Origin: an uncultured Staphylococcaceae bacterium
GTDB lineage: Bacteria; Bacillota_I; Bacilli_A; RFN20; CAG-826
Direction: 5' to 3'
Assembly: GCA_964497235.1 (NCBI GenBank)
Contig: CAZCCJ010000001.1
Location: 67,910-131,909 of the forward strand
DNA: 64,000 bases
The translations under genes and the position numbers were made by a program. Each line of letters opens with the position of its first letter. Position 1 is the first letter of the stretch. The notes beneath the pieces were generated by a model, which saw only the letters and a program-made list of their open reading frames with translations, was not told the origin of the DNA and did no database searches. Positions 56,649-64,000 of this stretch are shown here, in pieces.

Positions 56649-56677
56649 ATGATACGAACGATTCAATCGTTTTGCAA
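56649..56677 (-). promoter_or_regulatory. Candidate promoter of the rimP-nusA-infB operon
   Basis: On the minus strand: TTGCAA, a 17-nt spacer (containing the palindrome AACGAT-TGA-ATCGTT), then TATCAT. Confidence 0.4.
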
Positions 56678-56699
56678 CGATGAAAAGCGGAAAAAATCG

Positions 56700-57575
56700 C
56701 TAATTTTTCTTGGCGATCGGATGCTCGCCGTCGTTTAGATAGAGAATTCCGAGGCAATGGGGGCCGCAATGGGTGCTGATGGTCGCTCCGGCCATCGTGC
56801 GGGAGACGTTCCTAAAGCCTCTTTCCTTTAAGCGGTTTTCAACCTTGTCCAAGATTTCGTTTTCCATTGAGCTATAGGTGATGAAAATGCGCTCCAAATC
56901 CGGATTGTTGTTCTCTTCGAGGGTGGCTTCGACATAATCGAGAACCCATTTCTCGGTGTTGCCGCGGAATTTCTTCGCGCTCCTCATCTTGCCTTCTTTC
57001 GGATCCATGATGATCTGCGGCTTGATCTTTAGAAGGTTGACGCCAAGGCGCGCCAAGGCGCTGCAACGCCCTCCTTTATAGAGATATTCGACGTTTTCGA
57101 GGCCGAATGAAGTTTGATCGTTCGGTATTCTTTCTTTGACTTTATCGGCTATCTCGCTTGCGCTATATCCGTCGTCGCGAAGTCTAGCGGCGTAGATGGC
57201 AAGAAGCGCGATTCCAGTTGACAAAACGTGGCTATCGATGACGTGCACTTTGCCTTCGAATTCTTGGCTTGCCGCCATCGCGTTTTGGCAAGCGCTGCTT
57301 ATTCCGCTCGATAACGATATATGGACGATTTCATCGTGTGTTTTGAGCAATTTCTCGAAGAAAGCCTTGAATTCGCTGGCGTTGACGGCGGAGGTACGCG
57401 GAAGCTTGCCGGTTTTCGTGACGTAGGCGAAAAGATCTTCGCTTTTGGCCTCGCCATCTTTCACTTCCTTATCTCCGAGAACGATGGTGAAAGGTATCAC
57501 ATTGATATCGAATTCCTTGATTAGCTCAGGGCTGAAATCGGCGGCCGTTTCCACTGATATGGCTATCTTATTCAT
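56700..57575 (-). CDS. DegV-family fatty-acid-binding protein (FakB-like)
   Basis: 291 aa with a DegV pattern (KIAISVETAADFSPE...TSAVN...HISLSSGISS). Confidence 0.88.
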   Translation of the reverse strand: MNKIAISVETAADFSPELIKEFDINVIPFTIVLGDKEVKDGEAKSEDLFAYVTKTGKLPRTSAVNASEFKAFFEKLLKTHDEIVHISLSSGISSACQNAMAASQEFEGKVHVIDSHVLSTGIALLAIYAARLRDDGYSASEIADKVKERIPNDQTSFGLENVEYLYKGGRCSALARLGVNLLKIKPQIIMDPKEGKMRSAKKFRGNTEKWVLDYVEATLEENNNPDLERIFITYSSMENEILDKVENRLKERGFRNVSRTMAGATISTHCGPHCLGILYLNDGEHPIAKKN

Positions 57576-57690
57576 AATCTCTCCTTAAAATGACGGGCAT
57601 ATTGTAAACCAATCCGCGTTCCTGTCTAAGCGTTAATTTGTTTCTCTCGTCGTTTCGCCGCTTTTTCAGAATCTAAACGCATCGATTTTT

Positions 57691-58137
57691 TTAGCACCAG
57701 TGCGTGATTTTCCCGATGTTGACGTCGTTATATTGCATCGATATAAGTTTATTGATGGATATCTCAAACCCATAGTTCTCTATGGAATACGAATTGGAAT
57801 CGAACGGCTCGATGGGCTTAGGGTCTTTCGTCCCTTCCGATACGTCATAGCAACACGCTGGAGAATTAGAGTTAGAGAAAGATAGCCCGAAGACGATGTC
57901 GTAATTCAGGATAAAGGAGCTATTGTCCTTGAGCACGAATTCGTCATTCTCGCTTCGATAGACGTTATAGTAGATGAATTCATGGCCGTTTATCGTCGCT
58001 TTTTGCTCGCGTTCGACGGCCACATTCGGCAATGAAGCCGCATTAAAAACCACCTTGCCGCCATTCGTCGAAGACCCGCAGGAAGTAATTAAAGAGAGAA
58101 TCGATATGGATATGAATGCCAAAACCGCTCTTTTCAT
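57691..58137 (-). CDS. Small lipoprotein of unknown function
   Basis: Has a signal peptide with a lipobox (ILSLITS-C-GSS). 148 aa, ending in HWC. Confidence 0.7.
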   Translation of the reverse strand: MKRAVLAFISISILSLITSCGSSTNGGKVVFNAASLPNVAVEREQKATINGHEFIYYNVYRSENDEFVLKDNSSFILNYDIVFGLSFSNSNSPACCYDVSEGTKDPKPIEPFDSNSYSIENYGFEISINKLISMQYNDVNIGKITHWC

Positions 58138-58244
58138 GCCATAAGCATAGCATAGACGTCATTTCGGGAAAATATATGCGCACGTGTGATTCGATACTTG
58201 TACCGCTTTGGAACACACAAATCCGTAGAAAATCGAAATTTTAA

Positions 58245-58273
58245 TTGAAAAATATGGCTTCAGCGATTAAATA
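58245..58273 (+). promoter_or_regulatory. Candidate promoter of the 706-aa lipoprotein gene
   Basis: TTGAAA, a 17-nt spacer, then TAAATA, followed by AAGGAGA before the start codons. Confidence 0.35.
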
Positions 58274-58298
58274 TCCTAGTTGAATTTCAAGGAGAATA

Positions 58299-60419
58299 AT
58301 GATGTTCATGAATAAGAAAAGCCTATTGTTAGTCTTAGCCGCGTCTTGTTTGCTCGTCTCTTGCGGAGACGCCGATCAAGAAAACAAAGGCGATAACGGC
58401 GGCGATAACGATTCCTCTAGCCTTCCATACGTCGATCCGAATCCTGATAGCGGCGACATCGTCACCGGCGACGCCGGCTTCAAACTCGTGATGTTCGGCG
58501 ATCTTTACCTCCATCAAATGCGTTCGATCTACGCCGTGCTCGACGATGGCGTCATCGGAAGCGTGACTTTCTCTAGCGACAACGAGGATATCATCGTTTG
58601 CTCGCCGGACGAAAACCGCCTTAACCAAGCATTGCTAAGAGCTAATGGTCTTGGAACCGCCACGATATCCGCTTATATCGAGGGACAAGAGGACAAGGTC
58701 TTAACGAAAACCATAACCGTCTCCTCTGGGACAGCGTTACCGGAAGAAACGTTCAACAAATTGACCGGAGCGATGAAGGTGAACCTGACCGAGAGCCGCT
58801 ACGACTATGACGAAAAACTCAGTCCAACCCTCTATGATTCCTATAACGTCACGACGATTTACGAGGAAAACGAGGATATCGCGTCCTACCCCTATCACAA
58901 CACCGACGCATACCAAATAAATTCGGTCAACATACAAACCGGCGTAAGCGATTATTCCCGTCTTTTCGTGAGGAACGGCACGCGTTTGGCCACCGAATAC
59001 ATCAGTTCCGATAACACCATCGTCAAACAGACCCAATACGACGATGAAGGCGAAGAATACGATTGGGTCAACAGCGCTTACGAAAACCCATTCAAATACG
59101 ATGAGGAAAGCGATGAAGCGCCTAACGTAGTCGCGACCGACTTCGAGACGTTCGACGGCGGCAAAACCTATCACTATGTAGGCGAAGGCATCTATTCCAC
59201 TTTCTATATCGCCAAATCCTTCACTCTCCGCAATAACTTCCCAGATGATTTCGTGATCACGGTGAACGGCGATGACATCGGTTTCCAGATCTTCACAGAT
59301 CCCGCTTCAGCGCTGGGCGAAGATGAAATGGGCGGCACAACCATAAGTGGCAAGTTCTCGGAAATCGGAACGGCGAAAGTCACTCACTTAGAGCCATATA
59401 AACACGAAAGCTACCATGACGCGATCGAATCGGCCCGTTCTAAGATGGCTAGTGCAAGAAACTACACCGCTTCTTATAGCTTCTCCGATTCCGATGGCAC
59501 GATGACCTACACTCACGTCTTCACCGAAGACACGATCGACGAGAAGATCGTCCAAGCCGACGGCACTATTTCCCATACTGGCGTCCATAAGACCGATACC
59601 GGCTATTTCACCTATGAATATGACGATTCCACCGGAGTTTTGACGAAGACGAAAGACTACACCGCCGATTTCTCCAGCGTCAATCGTTATCCTACCTTCG
59701 ACTTTGCGGTTGAGATACTGGGGCAAGGCTCAAAGGATGGCGAATACATCTCACGCGGCAATGAGACGCGTTTCTTCTATTCCTATTGCTGGTATTTGCC
59801 GAGGTTCCTAAATTACTACACCGTCTCCGATGACGTCGCCGTCACTCTGAAGGACGGCTATTTCGCCTCGATGTCGACCGAACTCGCCAGCAACGTCGAT
59901 AGCACCGAAGAACCGGCTTCCTTCGTTGGAAAATATTCTAACTTTGGAACCTCCGCCGTTTCATACGATTGGGACAACATCGTCCTTCCTACCGAACCGA
60001 CCAATTATCCGACCGAATTATTGGCCTCTCTAAAACAGTTCGGCGTTGATGAAGTGATACCGTATCTCTATCCTACGAATGTTGGATACGCCGACAACAA
60101 GGCCACTTGCATCAAAGATAAAAGTAACGATGGATATGCTTCCTATTGCTATTTCGAAACGAATAAATTCGAAACAGATGAATTACGCGACGCTTATATA
60201 GCCAGCTATAAGGAATTGCTCGTCAATAACGGTTGGACTCTAACGACCGAAGTGGACGATCACCTCGGATACGATTATTACATCAGTAACGATGGCAATT
60301 GGAAATTGTCTGTAGGAGCCTATAAGGCTTTCTCGACCGGCGCCGCATGGAAAAACGTCGTCTTCACTTTCAATAGCGCGACCGGGCAAATAGCGATCCC
60401 AGACGGATATCATTCGTAA
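58299..60419 (+). CDS. Large surface lipoprotein with an N-terminal Big_2-like Ig domain
   Basis: Has a lipobox (SCLLVS-C-GDA), a D/N/G/S-rich linker and a Big_2-like segment (VTFSSDNEDII...ANGLGTATISAYI). The remaining roughly 550 aa have no recognisable motif. The start could be any of three ATGs between 58299 and 58308. Confidence 0.75.
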   Translation: MMFMNKKSLLLVLAASCLLVSCGDADQENKGDNGGDNDSSSLPYVDPNPDSGDIVTGDAGFKLVMFGDLYLHQMRSIYAVLDDGVIGSVTFSSDNEDIIVCSPDENRLNQALLRANGLGTATISAYIEGQEDKVLTKTITVSSGTALPEETFNKLTGAMKVNLTESRYDYDEKLSPTLYDSYNVTTIYEENEDIASYPYHNTDAYQINSVNIQTGVSDYSRLFVRNGTRLATEYISSDNTIVKQTQYDDEGEEYDWVNSAYENPFKYDEESDEAPNVVATDFETFDGGKTYHYVGEGIYSTFYIAKSFTLRNNFPDDFVITVNGDDIGFQIFTDPASALGEDEMGGTTISGKFSEIGTAKVTHLEPYKHESYHDAIESARSKMASARNYTASYSFSDSDGTMTYTHVFTEDTIDEKIVQADGTISHTGVHKTDTGYFTYEYDDSTGVLTKTKDYTADFSSVNRYPTFDFAVEILGQGSKDGEYISRGNETRFFYSYCWYLPRFLNYYTVSDDVAVTLKDGYFASMSTELASNVDSTEEPASFVGKYSNFGTSAVSYDWDNIVLPTEPTNYPTELLASLKQFGVDEVIPYLYPTNVGYADNKATCIKDKSNDGYASYCYFETNKFETDELRDAYIASYKELLVNNGWTLTTEVDDHLGYDYYISNDGNWKLSVGAYKAFSTGAAWKNVVFTFNSATGQIAIPDGYHS

Positions 60420-60435
60420 TCCAGCTTTCATTAAG

Positions 60436-60464
60436 AAAAACCGGCGGTCCCCCGTCGGTTTTTT
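60436..60464. terminator. Bidirectional rho-independent terminator between convergent genes
   Basis: AAAAA-CCGGCGG-TCCC-CCGTCGG-TTTTTT, a 7-bp stem with one G-U pair. The A-run and T-run allow termination in both directions. Confidence 0.8.
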
Positions 60465-60483
60465 CATATAACAGCCACAACCT

Positions 60484-60807
60484 CTAAAGTTTGTCGTACT
60501 TCGTCGAAACGCCTTTTGCTTTGGAAACGGGATACTTTTTCTCCGTTTTGTCCATCTTGTCGTTCATTATCTCGATCGGATCGAGATCGAGCCTCATCGA
60601 CATCTGCAGACAATAATTCATGACGTCCGCGAGCTCTTCTTTGACAGCTTCGATATCGCAATCATCGTTCCATTGGAAGCATTCAAGAAGCTCGCCCGCT
60701 TCGATGGAGATGGATTTGGCGAGGTTGGAAGGCGAATGGAATTGGTCCCAATCCCTGGCTTTGTTGAATTCGTCGATTCTTTTCATCAATTTCTCTAATC
60801 TTTCCAT
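60484..60807 (-). CDS. MazG-like nucleoside-triphosphate pyrophosphohydrolase (small all-alpha, DCTPP1/YpjD-like type)
   Basis: 107 aa, with RDWDQFHSP.NLAKSISIEAGELLECFQW...EELADVMNYCL. This gives the EXXE(12-28)EXXD metal-binding pattern of the MazG superfamily. The start overlaps the upstream gene's end by 13 nt. Confidence 0.8.
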   Translation of the reverse strand: MERLEKLMKRIDEFNKARDWDQFHSPSNLAKSISIEAGELLECFQWNDDCDIEAVKEELADVMNYCLQMSMRLDLDPIEIMNDKMDKTEKKYPVSKAKGVSTKYDKL

Positions 60808-62531
60808 TTCTCGATGTATCTCCCCAAATAATCCCTTAAATTCCGGTTATACGCATAAACATAGCAGCCTTTGATGCCGCGCGTCATCATGACTTTGTAC
60901 GAATTTATTATGTATCTCTTAAGCGTTTCCTCATCCGTTCCGTTCTTGACGTTCTTATCGAAGAACTTTTCCTTGTCGATGACTATCTCGTCTCTTATCG
61001 GATCGTAATCTATCTCCCTTCCGAAGATTATGCCGACGTAATTCAAATCATAGCCTTGAAGGGTGTGGATGCAGCCGATTTCGTTGACCGCGTTCTTTGA
61101 GAGGATGAACTCCTCATTCGTCATGTTCCAAACGTAATGATGGCCGTCTATATCGATATCCGCCAAGCCATTTTTCAGGATGTAATCGTATCCGTCCTTG
61201 ATATAAGGCTTGCTCCGCCATCTCCAGGAATAGCCGGCTGCGTTGCGGCATAATCCGTATTTTTTGTCTAGTTCCCTTATCGCGTCGATCATCTTCGCCG
61301 CATCGTCGAAAATCTTGAAGTCGTAATTCTCGATTTCTTCTTTCTCGTGTTGCTCGCAATCGAAGATCCTATCGAGATAATCGGTGTATTCCTCACCGCC
61401 AAGGCACCTCATCTGGGTGGATAATTTCTTAGTAAGTACCGAAGAATCCGATAAAGCGTCGAAGAACTGCTCGTCCGTCAAGTCCGACCCCTTGACCGAT
61501 TGGTTCTTGTCATATACCAAGACGCGATAACGTGATTTCGCCACGATCATGTCGAGTTCCGTGGCCGTCATCGGATCGAGTCCGAGTTTCCTTGCGTTTT
61601 GGTCGAATGTTCCCATGAATGAAATGTTCTTTCTTCTCGCCAAGCGGTGCGCTTCATCGACCAAGAGAACGTCGAACTTATCCTCGCTTCTAAGGATGTC
61701 GAAAGGGCCGATCACCATCTCGCTCTTTAAGCCGTTGGCAGTGAGCCTAAAGACCTTTTTCATCGTCTTTCTTAACGAAGACATCGGGCAAATGTAGCCG
61801 ATTTTAAGCTTTTTGGACCCTTCGCCATGCTTTTTAAGATAATTCTGTATGAGCATCATAAGATGAAGGTATTCGCTCGTGTCAGTATCATCTAGTGAGT
61901 CATCGACATCGAATCTCGTGGCGTTAACGAGCTTATACATGAGGTTAGTGAGAACGATCGTTTTGCCAGTCCCCGCCCCGCCGTTTATGATGGCCGTGCC
62001 GTCTATATTCTTGCTAAGTTTTTCGACTATGTCCTCGATTATCGCGTTAGAGGCCGCGCTTTGCTCGGCAGTCAAAGTGTTATATGGCGAATATTTGAAT
62101 AGATCGGAGTTTCTGATGTCCTCCAAATCATTGACGACGATCTTCTTCTTTTTGAGTGCTCTCCAAATATCGTCGATTTTGTCTAGGTATTTCTTCCTTT
62201 GATAGTAATTATGCTTGCTCGATTGGCCGCCATTGCAATTGATGAGCTTATATTTTCCATCCGCTCCGCATAGTTGGATGAGCGATTGCTCGATGTCGAG
62301 TATCGCCGATTTATTGAATTCGTCGTCATAGATGACGTTTATGACTTTGAGTCCCTTCTTTTCGGGGCTTTTCAGATGTTGTTCGAAACGGACGACGGCG
62401 TTTTGCGTTTCGCCGATATACATCTTCTCATCGCTATTGATGAGATAGACGACCGGCCAATCCTCCGCTTTTTTGTTCTTCGAGAGCATATCTCGGCCCA
62501 GAGAGGAGAATTCGTATGATTCGATATTCAT
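60795..62531 (-). CDS. GIY-YIG nuclease domain fused to a DUF2075/Schlafen-group-III-type SF1 helicase-like ATPase
   Basis: N-terminus: VVYLI-x8-MYIGET...RFEQH...DIEQSL (GIY-YIG with conserved Arg/His/Glu). ATPase core: Walker A (INGGAGTGKT) and Walker B (DVLLVDEAHRL). C-terminus: SF1 motifs V/VI (IHTLQGYDLNYVGIIFG, MTRGIKGCYVY). Confidence 0.8.
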   Translation of the reverse strand: MNIESYEFSSLGRDMLSKNKKAEDWPVVYLINSDEKMYIGETQNAVVRFEQHLKSPEKKGLKVINVIYDDEFNKSAILDIEQSLIQLCGADGKYKLINCNGGQSSKHNYYQRKKYLDKIDDIWRALKKKKIVVNDLEDIRNSDLFKYSPYNTLTAEQSAASNAIIEDIVEKLSKNIDGTAIINGGAGTGKTIVLTNLMYKLVNATRFDVDDSLDDTDTSEYLHLMMLIQNYLKKHGEGSKKLKIGYICPMSSLRKTMKKVFRLTANGLKSEMVIGPFDILRSEDKFDVLLVDEAHRLARRKNISFMGTFDQNARKLGLDPMTATELDMIVAKSRYRVLVYDKNQSVKGSDLTDEQFFDALSDSSVLTKKLSTQMRCLGGEEYTDYLDRIFDCEQHEKEEIENYDFKIFDDAAKMIDAIRELDKKYGLCRNAAGYSWRWRSKPYIKDGYDYILKNGLADIDIDGHHYVWNMTNEEFILSKNAVNEIGCIHTLQGYDLNYVGIIFGREIDYDPIRDEIVIDKEKFFDKNVKNGTDEETLKRYIINSYKVMMTRGIKGCYVYAYNRNLRDYLGRYIEKWKD

Positions 62532-62538
62532 TCCTTGA

Positions 62539-62560
62539 TTATAACATATTTATAACATAT
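62539..62560 (-). repeat. Perfect tandem 11-nt direct repeat carrying extended -10 elements, immediately upstream of the GIY-YIG/DUF2075 gene
   Basis: The minus strand reads ATATGTTATAA-ATATGTTATAA-TCAAGGA-ATG. The proximal copy creates TGTTATAAT (an extended -10, TGnTATAAT) ending 6 nt before the ATG. Confidence 0.6.
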
Positions 62561-62584
62561 AGAGCAGATAAGCCACCATCTATC

Positions 62585-62610
62585 GAAAAAAGCGGCCTGA
62601 TAGACCGCTT
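62585..62610 (-). terminator. Rho-independent terminator after the collagen-repeat gene
   Basis: On the minus strand: AAGCGG-N9-CCGCTT followed by TTTT. It insulates the downstream cassette. Confidence 0.6.
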
Positions 62611-62627
62611 AACTCATACATCGCGCT

Positions 62628-64000
62628 TCAAACTATCTTCACGACCATCGATGGGCAGACGCCGTTGACGACGCTCGCATTTAGGGCGCTGCCCACTTGG
62701 CCCGTCGAGTGGATTTCATGGACCAAGTAGTTGCATTTTTTGTTGGCCGCCGATGGGGAGCGCGTCCAGTAGCCAGTATAGCCATCCGAAGCTTTGCTGA
62801 CACCTCTGCTGAAAGAGTAATCGCTTGGGGCACGTTGCCTAGCGCTATCAGTCGTCCTATCTTCGTCATCGAAACCGTAATCCGGATTGAGGAAATCCTG
62901 ATAGCTAAGGAAAAAGACCTTATCGGATGTGTTCGCCGTCGCCAACCAATTATCGGTGGTTTCTTTGGTCGTGGCCGCGCTATTATCGACATCAGTCGTC
63001 CTTATGCGTTTCCCAGAGCCATAGAAGGCAGAATTCAAGAATCCGTCGTTAAGCCATCTCCTTATCGTCGAATACATCCAATGCGCAGTGTAAGAGTCGG
63101 TGCCGTTATAGTCGTATTCTTTGGAATCCAAGGCCGCTTCGCTTATGACGGTATATAGGTTCCCCTCTTTCTTGAGGACATCCCAAACGATCGGTTCGCA
63201 TTTGAACCACGGCTCTTCTTCTAGCGTCGCATCGGCGCCATCGGAATAGGTGTAAGCGTCTGAGGAGTCGTATAAATAGGACTCGGACTTCATATAATAG
63301 GTATCGCCTAGCAAATACCAGCCATTCGATTCCGCTTTCGCTAGCGCATTGAGCGCGTCTATCGTAGTGGCATCCGATACATGCGTTTGAGGATATATAC
63401 CATAGGTGAAGCGCTTGTCGTCTAAGAAATTAACCACTTCCGTAGGATCGATCTCATAGTCGGCGTAAATGTCTAGGTCATTAGTTATGGTTGAGCCGCT
63501 AAAAGACCAATTGACGTTGGCTTTGCCTTCCTTGGTGTACCAAGCGTTCACGATATAGCCGACCGTATCGTCGTCTTCCGGCATCGTGACCTTTGACCCG
63601 TCTAGGACCGTCACCGTCTTGACGATTTTATCGTCCAAACGGAAATTGACCGTATGGGTTTCGACGCTTTTGAGGAATCCGGCGTCTTTTTCCGTCCCAT
63701 CGCTCATTACGCAGATAAGATGGCCTTGGTCGTTTATATAGGTGCTAGTGATCGAGACGCCGGTATCGCCTTTCGCACCGGTAGCACCGGTGTTCCCCTT
63801 ATCACCCTTGTCGCCTTTGTCCCCTTTATCGCCTTTTTCGCCGTTGGAGCCGTTTGCGCCATTAGTCCCATCGCTTCCTTTGAGATTGGAAACGACAGCC
63901 CACGAGTCGGCGCCTTTTTGCCATAAGTCACCAGTCTCGGTATTGAGATAGAGGTCTCCCGTCACGCCTAAGTCGCCGCTCGGATCGGTGGTTCCGGTGT
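62628..64000 (-). CDS. Collagen-triple-helix-repeat surface protein with a Listeria-Bacteroides repeat and a DUF6273-like C-terminal domain (N-terminus outside the window)
   Basis: The reading frame stays open to the window end. The track start is only an internal GTG. It contains 13 G-X-Y triplets (GSDGTNGANGSNGEKGDKGDKGDKGDKGNTGATGAKGDTG). These are followed by a Flg_new-type repeat (HTVNFRLDD...GYIVNAWYTKEG...LDIYADY). A C-terminal module follows with WDVLKKEG..., IRRWLNDGFLNSAF, DKVFFLSYQD and GYWTRSPS, the DUF6273 pattern. Confidence 0.8.
   Translation of the reverse strand, partial: TGTTDPSGDLGVTGDLYLNTETGDLWQKGADSWAVVSNLKGSDGTNGANGSNGEKGDKGDKGDKGDKGNTGATGAKGDTGVSITSTYINDQGHLICVMSDGTEKDAGFLKSVETHTVNFRLDDKIVKTVTVLDGSKVTMPEDDDTVGYIVNAWYTKEGKANVNWSFSGSTITNDLDIYADYEIDPTEVVNFLDDKRFTYGIYPQTHVSDATTIDALNALAKAESNGWYLLGDTYYMKSESYLYDSSDAYTYSDGADATLEEEPWFKCEPIVWDVLKKEGNLYTVISEAALDSKEYDYNGTDSYTAHWMYSTIRRWLNDGFLNSAFYGSGKRIRTTDVDNSAATTKETTDNWLATANTSDKVFFLSYQDFLNPDYGFDDEDRTTDSARQRAPSDYSFSRGVSKASDGYTGYWTRSPSAANKKCNYLVHEIHSTGQVGSALNASVVNGVCPSMVVKIV
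63759..63878 (-). repeat. Collagen-like G-X-Y coding repeat (including 4x GDK)
   Basis: Directly visible as periodic ggN/ccN triplets. The codons are not identical between units. Confidence 0.85.

Noticed and set aside
1-64000. A search by eye for CRISPR arrays, IS or transposase genes, integrases, tRNA or rRNA genes, and long direct or inverted repeats.
   Set aside because: None was found. Intergenic spacers are short (at most about 250 bp) and are accounted for by promoters, terminators or the T-box. The only exact tandem repeat noticed is the 2x11 nt at 62539-62560.
62628-64000. The collagen-repeat protein as evidence for a prophage.
   Set aside because: No phage structural, integrase or lysis genes are present in the visible flank. 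The C-terminal DUF6273 and Listeria-Bacteroides repeats fit a cell-surface protein equally well. The question is left open pending upstream sequence.

Overview
The window is a 64-kb, densely packed bacterial chromosome segment with about 55 CDS, roughly 49 of them on the minus strand. No rRNA, tRNA, CRISPR array or IS element is visible.

Gene content and order match low-GC Gram-positive (Bacillota/Mollicutes-like) housekeeping blocks:
- lepA-hemW-hrcA-grpE-dnaK-dnaJ...rsmE-mtaB
- comEA-comEC-holA opposite rpsT
- greA and a T-box-controlled alaS
- pdp-dtd-mnmA
- rnj-ftsK
- rpsO-pnp
- rimP-nusA-ylxQ-infB-rbfA and truB-ribF

The genetic code is standard, because TGA acts as a stop in several ATGA/TGATG gene junctions. 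The absence of cell-wall genes, the lipobox lipoproteins and the DegV/PlsC lipid-scavenging genes suggest an Acholeplasma- or Erysipelotrichia-like organism. That assignment is inference only.

Regulatory elements I can read directly:
- a consensus sigma-A promoter with two CIRCE-type operators upstream of hrcA
- a T-box leader upstream of alaS
- several rho-independent terminators
- a recurring TATAAT-6..9 nt-ATG architecture that suggests leaderless mRNAs

The right-hand 7 kb (about 57.6-64 kb) looks accessory. It holds two divergent lipoprotein genes, a terminator-insulated two-gene cassette, and a collagen-repeat surface protein that runs off the window.

The cassette is the best candidate for an undescribed system. 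It encodes a GIY-YIG nuclease fused to a Schlafen/DUF2075-type SF1 ATPase, overlapping a MazG-like NTP pyrophosphohydrolase. I propose it as a phage-defence or nucleotide-surveillance module.

Other non-standard items:
- a RecB-type PD-(D/E)XK nuclease fused to an Fe-S DinG/XPD helicase
- a stand-alone adenylation-carrier protein didomain
- a Fic-fold protein with a destroyed catalytic motif, inserted with a small membrane protein between lepA and hemW
- an exported stand-alone ComEC-type metallo-beta-lactamase domain
- a tail-less SSB-like mini protein

All domain calls come from motif recognition by eye. No database search was run.
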